Positions 7,153 through 13,748 of a stretch of 13,748 nucleotides of DNA are shown piece by piece (positions within the stretch are counted from its first letter, which is position 1; every line of letters starts with the position of its first letter). A model generated the notes under the pieces. It saw only the letters and a list, made by a program, of their open reading frames with translations. It ran no database searches and was not told the origin of the DNA. A program made the translations under genes and the position numbers. The stretch covers positions 1 to 13,748 of the forward strand of contig JASLXV010000076.1 in the NCBI GenBank assembly GCA_030740155.1, read 5' to 3'. The stretch comes from Dehalococcoidia bacterium (GTDB taxonomy: Bacteria > Chloroflexota > Dehalococcoidia > Lucifugimonadales > UBA3495).

Positions 7153-8082
7153 TCAGCCAAGCTTGGGCAGCACGTCTTTGGCCAGGCGCTCCGCCTGCTC
7201 CTCGAAATCGTACAGCGGGTTTACCATGAGCATTTCGATGCCCTCGGCCACAACCTTGGCCAACTCGTCGATGCACTCGTCCTCGGAGCCAAAGACCGCA
7301 ACTCTGATCTTCTCGGGATCTCCGCTGTAGCGTCCAAACCACTCCCGGAGCTTCTGGTCCGCCCGCTTTTTGTCCCGGTCTACCGCGACATAGACCCTCT
7401 TGGAGAGGGTAAAGGTGTCCGGGTCCCGGCCTTCCTCCTCCAGGTACTGCCGGATAAGCTTTATCTCTTCGGTGAAATTCGAGGTCGAAGAAGCCCCGGC
7501 GCCCATCCAGCCATCCCCCAGCCGGACGGCCCGTTTCAAGGCCCCAGGAGAGACGGCCCCGATCCAGATGGGAGGATGGGGATTTTGCAATGGCCTCGGG
7601 TCAATGGATTGGTTGTCCAGCTGCGTGAAGCGCCCGCGGAAGGTCACCTTGTCCTGAGTCCAAAGCTTTTTCATCAACTGGACCCCCTCTTCGAACCGGC
7701 GGGCCCGGCCCTCACGGGTCATGCCGAAGGCGGGGTAGATGTCGGCATATCCCCCCAGACCCATGCCCACCATGAGCCTCCCCTGGGAGAGCTGGTCCAG
7801 GGTCGCCAGGCTCTTGGCCAGGGGGACCGGGTTTCGCAGCGCGGTCAGCAACACCGAGGTGCCAAGCTTGATGCGGCTGGTCAGCGCCGCGGCGTAGGAC
7901 AGCAACGGAACCGGGTCGAGAGCGGCCACGGCGCCCAGGACCTGCTCCTGGGTCCATGCTCCGTAGTAGCCCAGAGACTCCGCCTTGACCAGCCACCGGG
8001 CGATGGCAGCCGGGTCGATTACCCCGTCAGGGAAGATCTGCGGAATAGAAATACCGAAGCGCAGTTCCTTGTGCTCAGCCAT
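7153..8082 (-). CDS. LLM-class flavin/F420-dependent oxidoreductase
   Basis: LDPVPLLSYAAALTSRIKLGTSVL, LATLDQLSQGRL and PRPLQNPHPPIWIG motifs. ATG at 8082 has GGAGGT upstream. Confidence 0.9.
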   Translation of the reverse strand: MAEHKELRFGISIPQIFPDGVIDPAAIARWLVKAESLGYYGAWTQEQVLGAVAALDPVPLLSYAAALTSRIKLGTSVLLTALRNPVPLAKSLATLDQLSQGRLMVGMGLGGYADIYPAFGMTREGRARRFEEGVQLMKKLWTQDKVTFRGRFTQLDNQSIDPRPLQNPHPPIWIGAVSPGALKRAVRLGDGWMGAGASSTSNFTEEIKLIRQYLEEEGRDPDTFTLSKRVYVAVDRDKKRADQKLREWFGRYSGDPEKIRVAVFGSEDECIDELAKVVAEGIEMLMVNPLYDFEEQAERLAKDVLPKLG

Positions 8083-8270
8083 CTGGTCACACCTCCCGGC
8101 CAAGGCTCTCGAGCCGCTTGATCCCTCTTTTTACCAGGCTTTTCCGGCCCCATTCCGGCCCATTGTAATATGTGGCGGTCCGGCCCGCCAGGCGGCGACG
8201 CCGGCCCTGCTCAGTAACGGCCTCTCAAACCTCGCACTGGCAGACCGCGCCACGAGGAAACGCCTCAAAG

Positions 8271-8304
8271 TCCCACTTTGCTAAAGGGGGATTTAAGGGG
8301 ATTT
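8271..8304. repeat. Short palindromic intergenic repeat, copy 1
   Basis: TCCCACTTT-GCT-AAAGGGGGA-TTTAAGGGGATTT; related to 9435-9467. Confidence 0.7.
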
Positions 8305-8494
8305 CGCTCCACCAAGTTCCCGGCCAAATTTCGGCATCCGACCGGCGAAATAAATCCGGCACGATGCCTGAAGACGGTGGGCCGTATCCCCGGCCCTTCC
8401 GAAAGAGCCTCACCCAGACGGGCGGCCCGTCGCCGCGGGGCCCGATAGACCCACCGGGAGCCGGTTGGAAACAAGAGTGCCGTCGCCTGGCCCG

Positions 8495-8503
8495 TGGTAA
8501 GAT
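8495..8503 (+). promoter_or_regulatory. Extended -10 promoter candidate
   Basis: TGgTAAGAT about 66 nt upstream of ATG 8570. Confidence 0.4.
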
Positions 8504-8569
8504 ACATAGCTAAGCATTTGGAGCAGCGTCGAGGCGCCGCATCCGGCCCCGCCGCGAGAGAACCCTGGC

Positions 8570-9271
8570 ATGGACGAATTTGACCACCGCATAGCAAGCG
8601 CCCTCCAGCAAACCCAGGTGCTGCGCCCGCCCAAGCGACACTTGGCCACCTTTGGCGCCACCGATCTACGGTACTACCTGGTTACGACGCCTATCTACAG
8701 TGACCTCGTGCCGGGGACGGAGGAGAGCGTAGTCCGCGATGGGAAGGTGGTGTCGCAGCGGCCCGCCATCGTGACCCCCACCTACATGCTGAACCTGGAA
8801 GGGTTCGGCGACGACGCCAGACAGTACATGGAGTCCATGGTGATGCAATACGGCCCCAACAGCCCCGGCCTCCTGTACCAGTATCGCAACGAGCCGGGCG
8901 GCCTCGAAATAGTCGGCGGCGAGGCCCATGCGGTAGCCCAGCGGATAGCTGACGACCTGGACCAGCGAGGCGTCGACTCGGCCGCCGTGATCATGGGGGC
9001 CGATGAATTGTGGGACCTGTCACTCATGAAGTTCATCTACGACTACACCACTGCATCCCTGTCCTCCAACGTGGACGAGATACAGGCCATGGGGCTACTG
9101 GACCCACATCCTGACGTGGAAGTTCCCCGGGGCGCGGTCCAACGAATTGAATCGCTCTTCCGGCAGGTGGAAAGAGGATCGGACCCCCAGAAATTACACC
9201 GGGAGCTTACCAGGTGGGGCCTCTTCGAGCACTACCAGGACCGCTTCCTGGGCCTGTTCCGCCGGAAATGA
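8570..9271 (+). CDS. Conserved hypothetical protein
   Basis: 233-aa ORF with strong GC3 codon bias and protein-like composition (LATFGAT..YYLVT, WGLFEHYQDRFLGLF). I cannot assign a function. Confidence 0.8.
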   Translation: MDEFDHRIASALQQTQVLRPPKRHLATFGATDLRYYLVTTPIYSDLVPGTEESVVRDGKVVSQRPAIVTPTYMLNLEGFGDDARQYMESMVMQYGPNSPGLLYQYRNEPGGLEIVGGEAHAVAQRIADDLDQRGVDSAAVIMGADELWDLSLMKFIYDYTTASLSSNVDEIQAMGLLDPHPDVEVPRGAVQRIESLFRQVERGSDPQKLHRELTRWGLFEHYQDRFLGLFRRK

Positions 9272-9434
9272 GGGTGTGCCGATGACCCACGCGCCGGTCC
9301 CCACTCTCCCCACCCGTGGCCCGGGTGGGTTGCGGCGGCGGGCCGGCCGGCCAAAGCGCCTCTCCCGCTTCTAGCCTATCCGATTCAGCACCCGCAGAGC
9401 CCTAAACAAGCTGCTAAACCTGGCGACGAAAGAA

Positions 9435-9467
9435 TCCCCCTTTATAAAGGGGGAAACAGGGGGATTT
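9435..9467. repeat. Short palindromic intergenic repeat, copy 2
   Basis: TCCCCCTTT-AT-AAAGGGGGA (perfect 9-bp arms) followed by AACAGGGGGATTT. Confidence 0.7.
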
Positions 9468-9591
9468 GACCCCGCAACCGGGCTCTTGATCAAGTCTAGC
9501 TGTCTATTCATGGGCCTGTAACTTGGCCGGGCCGGTGCCGCCCTCGCCGGGCGGCTTTCCGGCGAGCCATATTGAAACCGAGGAGGCACCG

Positions 9592-10914
9592 TTGTCGGAG
9601 AGCTTGGGCAAGCCGTTCGCGCTTCACGGCTGCGAGAAAATGATCTACGACATCCGAATGGGCCCCCAGGCCCTATGTCTCAACGACGTCATCTACTTCG
9701 CCTATCAGGCCAACCCAAACGGCCCCGAGGCACACCCCCACCTCATCACCTACGATCTCAGGAACGAGAAGTGGTCGGATCCTGTCCGCGCCGGAGCGGT
9801 CGAGCATTATGACCACCACTTCGCTCCCATTATCTGGTTCGACCTCGAGCGGCGTATCCATGTCCTGTACAACTGCCACGTCCGTGACGGCGGGATACAC
9901 CTGGTCTCGGCCGGTCCCGAGACCTTGCCCGAGTCCCCGGAGGACTGGAGAAAGGGCTCCGAGATCGCTCCATCGATAAGCTACCCTCGGGTGCTCCGAA
10001 TCGACGACGCCACGCTGCTGCTTTACTATCGCGTATTCGGACACATGGGCTACTGGTCCTACCTGATCTCCCATGACGGGGGTAACTCCTGGACACCTCC
10101 CGAATCGCCCGTTGTTGACTTCGACCGGGACCCGCAGGACGACTCCGACACCTGGGCGGGATCGTACCACAGCGTCCATGCCGATGAAGACGGCCGGTCA
10201 CTCCATATTGCGTTCATCTACTGGGACGAGCGGAAGAAGCTCCACCCCGTCTACAATCGCAGTTTTCGCACCACCGACCGGTATCACCTGTATTACCTTC
10301 GGCTGGATATCCCCTCCGGGGCCCTCTACACGATCGACGGGGAAAAGCTGGAGGCGCCCGTCACCCGGCGGCAGGCAGAGAAATGCAAGGTCTGGGACAC
10401 CGGCCACCGGCTTACCAACATGCCGTCGATTGCCGTGGACGAGAGAGGCGAGCCGTGTTTCATGGTGCCCGTTTCAGGGGAGACGCCGTGGGAGTGTGAT
10501 TTCTACTTCGTCAGGCGCGATGGCGGAGAATGGACGTGGCAGCCCGTCACCCGAACGAACCATACCTGGGCCGGCAGCAACCTGACTCGCCGCAACGGCA
10601 GCACGATGACCGCACACCTGGTCGTTGGGGATATCGACGGCGAGACACTTTCCTACGGCGGCGGAGAGGTCGAAGAGTGGGTCACCACCGATGGAGGCAG
10701 CTCCTGGAGCCCGAAACGCCGGCTGGTCCCGGTACCCGGCCTGATGTACAACAACCCGCGGCCCGTCGAACTGGCCGACGGCGGGGAACTGACCGATTTC
10801 CTTCTCTTCTACGGGTGGCAGGGTCCGGAGAGTATCCAGCCAGCCGTACCAGGCGGCCTACCCCCATGCAACCGGGGCCAGGCGTTCCTGAGCCATAACT
10901 GTAAATGGCTGTGA
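9592..10914 (+). CDS. BNR/Asp-box beta-propeller protein (BNR_4-like), possible glycoside hydrolase or lyase
   Basis: Asp boxes SHDGGNSW and TTDGGSSW, plus DHHFAP, IHVLYNCH and SYPRV motifs. TTG 9592 is in frame after GAGGAGG. Confidence 0.75.
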   Translation: MSESLGKPFALHGCEKMIYDIRMGPQALCLNDVIYFAYQANPNGPEAHPHLITYDLRNEKWSDPVRAGAVEHYDHHFAPIIWFDLERRIHVLYNCHVRDGGIHLVSAGPETLPESPEDWRKGSEIAPSISYPRVLRIDDATLLLYYRVFGHMGYWSYLISHDGGNSWTPPESPVVDFDRDPQDDSDTWAGSYHSVHADEDGRSLHIAFIYWDERKKLHPVYNRSFRTTDRYHLYYLRLDIPSGALYTIDGEKLEAPVTRRQAEKCKVWDTGHRLTNMPSIAVDERGEPCFMVPVSGETPWECDFYFVRRDGGEWTWQPVTRTNHTWAGSNLTRRNGSTMTAHLVVGDIDGETLSYGGGEVEEWVTTDGGSSWSPKRRLVPVPGLMYNNPRPVELADGGELTDFLLFYGWQGPESIQPAVPGGLPPCNRGQAFLSHNCKWL

Positions 10915-10961
10915 CCGGTGCACCCGGCCTCGGAGGCTGGTGACCGGCCAAGCTACTTCGC

Positions 10962-11702
10962 CTACGCCGGGACCTTGCCGAGGCTCTCCAGCAGACTGCC
11001 GAACCCGTATATCGGCTGGTTGATGCCCACCTTCCGGAAGGTGGCCCAGATGTTGGCCTGATTGGAGGTGACCACGGGTTTGCCCGTCCGCTTCTCCAAC
11101 TCGGCCACAACCTCCACGGACCGCCACGCGGTGCACGAGCAGAGCAGAGCGTCGGCCTCGGGATGGCACACGCTGGAGGCGAACTCCAACACCGACTCCG
11201 GGTCCTGGTCGTTGATGCCCTGGGAGCCCGATTCGGCGGCAACAGGTTCGCCGTCGACGTTGAGCACTTCGAATCCCTGCGCCTCCAGGTAACCCCGTAG
11301 CCTGACATTGGCCCACTCCTTGTAAGGCGAAGCGACGGAGATGCGCTTGGCCCCAAAGAACCGCAGCGCTTCCACCACCGACGGGCTGGTGGCCGCCGCC
11401 GGCACTCCGGCTGTCTTTTGAATGAGGTCGATCATCTCGTCGTCCCAGCCCGGCCCTTTGTAGAAGCTGCCGGTGGTGCAGCCGTAGGCGATGACGTCGA
11501 CCTTCGCCGTGGCCAGATACTTGGCAGCCGTTTCGATATCCTGGTTCATCAGGTCCATGCCATCGGTGCCCCGGGCGATGTTGGTCAACCACATGCGGTG
11601 GCAATGGATGGTCGTGTTTGGGGGAGCGACCATATTGAAATCCGCTTCACAGGTTGTGTTTGTCGAAGGTACCATGACGCCGATGCGGGTCCGAATTGCC
11701 AT
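10962..11702 (-). CDS. Maleate cis-trans isomerase / arylmalonate decarboxylase family (Asp/Glu racemase superfamily)
   Basis: RIGVMVPSTNTT.E, YGCTTGS, SCTA and PVVTSNQA motifs, with both catalytic Cys present; GGAGGT RBS. Confidence 0.9.
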   Translation of the reverse strand: MAIRTRIGVMVPSTNTTCEADFNMVAPPNTTIHCHRMWLTNIARGTDGMDLMNQDIETAAKYLATAKVDVIAYGCTTGSFYKGPGWDDEMIDLIQKTAGVPAAATSPSVVEALRFFGAKRISVASPYKEWANVRLRGYLEAQGFEVLNVDGEPVAAESGSQGINDQDPESVLEFASSVCHPEADALLCSCTAWRSVEVVAELEKRTGKPVVTSNQANIWATFRKVGINQPIYGFGSLLESLGKVPA

Positions 11703-11799
11703 TACGAGACCTCCATGCGCTAGGTTGCGTCAATAATACCAATCATCGATGCGGGTTACCAGCGGCGCCGGACCGCGGCCAGGTAACGAACTCCGGCCG

Positions 11800-11828
11800 T
11801 TGACAGCGGAGCGGGGCCCGTCCATATT
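11800..11828 (+). promoter_or_regulatory. sigma70-type promoter for the Fpg/Nei gene
   Basis: TTGACA (11800-11805), 17 bp, CATATT (11823-11828); GAGGAGG RBS before ATG 11856. Confidence 0.6.
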
Positions 11829-11855
11829 AGCGTCAGCATCGTCGAGGAGGCGGGC

Positions 11856-12290
11856 ATGCCCGAGGCGCCGGACCTGGAAGTGATCAAAACTTTCCTCAAC
11901 GGCCGGGTGCAACGGCAACAAATCAGCTCCGCCAGGGTGCTGAAGCCCACCGTCCTGCGCTCCCCGGCCGGGGACTTCTCCAACGACATTCAAGGCCGGA
12001 CCCTCAACCTGGTCCATCGCCGGGGAAAGTTCTTGCTGGTCGAGTTGTCTGGGGACCGCTGGCTGGCCATCAATCCCATGCTCACCGGGGCCCTCCAGTA
12101 TTGCGAGTCCAAGGCGCGGGTGTACAAGAAGACCTGCTTCGTTTTGTCCCTGGCCGAAGGCTGGGAGCTACGTTACCTGGATGACCGGCAAATGGGTAAG
12201 GTATATTATGTCAACCAGGCGCAACTGGCCGAGGTGCCCCTCCTGAACGAACAGGGACCCGACGTGCTGGAGGGCATCACCTTCGAGGAG
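11856..12290 (+). pseudogene. Fpg/Nei (MutM-like) DNA glycosylase, truncated after codon 145
   Basis: Catalytic N-terminus MPEAPD, RRGKFL, MLTG, LRYLDDRQMG and GPD are present; the H2TH and zinc-finger domains are missing. The last 12 residues of ORF 11856-12329 come from the inserted element. Confidence 0.9.
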
Positions 12291-12572
12291 TGTAGACCGT
12301 CAGCGATAATGGGACACATCGGGGGGTAAGAAAACCCGAGAGAGGGGAGGTGGCGTGAGCTCCTGGAGTGAAGGTAAAGTACTCACAGAAAGGAGCAGAT
12401 GTGTCCCAGTCAGTAATCAGCAAGGCCCCGGCAGCAGAAGCGCGGACCGAAGAGGCCCAGACCATCGAGAGGCGAAAACGTCATAACCGGACCCTCAGGG
12501 AATTCACTCAAGCTCTCCCACACCTCTGATCTCTTGGGTCCCAAACTGTCCCATTTGTGCTGACTATCTATA
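12291..12572 (+). mobile_element. Miniature non-autonomous IS derivative 1 (IS3/IS481-like ends), 282 bp
   Basis: Left end TGTAGACCGTCAGCGATAATGGGACAC (12291-12317) and right end CTGTCCCATTTGTGCTGACTATCTATA (12546-12572) are inverted repeats matching at 20/27. There is an internal 42-aa ORF at 12401-12529 with an AAGGAG RBS. Confidence 0.75.
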
Positions 12573-13209
12573 ACAATAGACCTCGAATCGTTACTGCAAA
12601 GAAATATAGTGCGATGAGAATAAGAAGGCCGCCACTAATCCTGCGGATAGCGGTTTCGCTACTACGAAGAGCGTTCATTAATCCAGTTCCTGCCAGCATC
12701 AAAGCCACGGAGACGTACCAGCAAGCATCGATCGCCGCTGCGGCGATTCCCATTAACCCTGTTTCTAACCAACTTGAGTCCGAGTCGACGAGATGGCTGA
12801 ATATTGCAAGAAAGAATAGAGCAACCTTTGGATTAAGGAGAGAGATCAGAAACCCTTCGCCAGTGCCTCTAAGCAATAGTGTAGAACCAATTGATCGCTC
12901 GTCTTTCTGTTGAACTGGCAGCCCGTCGCCAACCATGATTGTACGAAACCCTATATATGCAATAAGAAACGCACCTGACGTTCGTGAAGCCAACAAGATG
13001 CTCGACTGATCTACCAGCACCTCTGCTATTCCCATCGCAGTCAGGAATGCCCATAAACCGATGCCAGCCGCATGTCCAAGACTAGTAGCAATACCATAGG
13101 TCCTCCCTCCGACGATAGTATTGCCAGCTACTAAAGCAAGGCTTGGTCCTGGTGATATGGCACCAAGAAAACAAATCACCACCAGCTGGAACCAAGAGCC
13201 AATGTCCAT
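12568..13209 (-). CDS. LysE/RhtB family amino-acid exporter
   Basis: ISPGPS, G...G...GH, GA.LI.YIG and GFLISLLNPKVALFFLAIF motifs with hydrophobic helices. ATG 13209 is preferred because GTG 13290 lies inside the second mini-element. Confidence 0.92.
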   Translation of the reverse strand: MDIGSWFQLVVICFLGAISPGPSLALVAGNTIVGGRTYGIATSLGHAAGIGLWAFLTAMGIAEVLVDQSSILLASRTSGAFLIAYIGFRTIMVGDGLPVQQKDERSIGSTLLLRGTGEGFLISLLNPKVALFFLAIFSHLVDSDSSWLETGLMGIAAAAIDACWYVSVALMLAGTGLMNALRSSETAIRRISGGLLILIALYFFAVTIRGLLL

Positions 13210-13274
13210 AAAGAATGAACCTGTCCGACACGCCTTCGGTCCCCGATACGTATGGGTCTCATAAAGCGTGAAGG

Positions 13275-13462
13275 TGCTGATAATTAGCACAAATGGATCA
13301 CATTGGAGCCGTTCCCTGGGTACTATACCTACAATTCAGGGGCCGCACCACTTTCACATCACCACGAACCACCACACCGGACCCTCAAGGAGTTCGCCCA
13401 AGCTCTACCACACCCCTGATCTCTCAGGTCCCAAACTGTCCCATTTGTGCTGGTTGCCAACA
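13275..13462 (+). mobile_element. Miniature non-autonomous IS derivative 2, 188 bp, TG...CA ends
   Basis: TGCTGATAATTAGCACAAATGGATCAC (13275-13301) and CTGTCCCATTTGTGCTGGTTGCCAACA (13436-13462) are inverted repeats matching at 19/27. 13376-13452 matches 12486-12562 at 69/77. Confidence 0.75.
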
Positions 13463-13611
13463 AAGCATATCATGTCATCATAAGTCACTTGGTGGAGATA
13501 GGACAGGCTCCCTACGACGGCGAATTGGCCACTGGCCTGGGATGCTCCATCGAGGAAGGGCGACAGATCGTTCATGTGACTTGGTCGCAACAGAGACAGG
13601 AGATGCAATGA
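13463..13611 (+). pseudogene. Fragment of a winged-HTH gene resembling the N-terminus of MerB-like proteins
   Basis: The frame from 13465 reads AYHVIISHLVEIGQAPYDGELATGLGCSIEEGRQIVH and begins at the element 2 boundary with no native start. The family resemblance is from memory only. Confidence 0.4.
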
Positions 13612-13748
13612 CAACGGCTGCTCAAGAAAGAGACATTCGGATGACAGGCCGATTTATGATAACCGCTCTGGCTTCCGGTCACGCCATTTTCCACTGGGTG
13701 ATGCAAAGCTTTGTGGTATTGCTTCCTGAGATCCAGGCCGCCTTCCAT
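13608..13748 (+). CDS. MFS transporter, N-terminal part (runs off the window)
   Basis: AGGAG RBS then MTTAAQERDIRMTGRFMITALASGHAIFHWVMQSFVVLLPEIQAAFH, which resembles the first helix of an MFS protein (GH...H....F..LLP.I...F). Confidence 0.7.
   Translation, partial: MTTAAQERDIRMTGRFMITALASGHAIFHWVMQSFVVLLPEIQAAFH

Noticed and set aside
6838..7342. ORFs 6838-7104, 6938-7330, 6983-7342 and 7044-7229
   Set aside because: They are translations of the palindromic repeats (VRGELVEP, VVSLSNH) and some overlap the LLM gene.
7123..8121. Long antisense ORFs (7123-8121, 2706-3551, 2306-2983, 6186-6821, 10682-11356, 10858-11604 and similar)
   Set aside because: They are shadow frames of GC-rich genes whose real frames carry clear family motifs.
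9308..9329. Intrinsic terminator after the hypothetical gene
   Set aside because: There is a GC-rich hairpin but no U-tract, so it was not called as a terminator.
12486..13462. Integron cassette with attC sites around lysE
   Set aside because: The repeats lack the RYYYAAC...GTTRRRY attC layout and are better explained as IS right ends with a transposase tail. No integron integrase is present.
13271..13466. Target-site duplication around mini-element 2 (AAGG versus AAGC)
   Set aside because: Only 3 of 4 bases match, which is too weak to claim.

Overview
This window has a GC-rich host segment (about 2324-12290) with a mobile-element junction at each end. The host gene content (two luciferase-like monooxygenases, a SelA-like PLP enzyme, a cupin, a DAO-family oxidoreductase, a BNR/Asp-box protein, a maleate-isomerase-family enzyme) suggests Chloroflexota, Dehalococcoidia/SAR202-like; this is inference. 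Left end: the terminus of an integrated element carrying an excisionase-like HTH gene and a large serine recombinase. It has inserted into the competence gene comF, leaving only the 3' part (from ...HSLKY). The junction is a 13-bp imperfect inverted repeat (2302-2337), and the recombinase ORF reads through it and takes its stop codon from comF DNA. Right end: an Fpg/Nei glycosylase gene is cut after codon 145 by a 282-bp miniature IS-derived element. A related 188-bp miniature element lies downstream, and the two bracket an AT-richer lysE-family gene. A probable HTH gene remnant and the start of an MFS transporter follow. Intergenic DNA holds two unrelated palindromic repeat families, several sigma70-like promoters and a candidate structured 5' leader.
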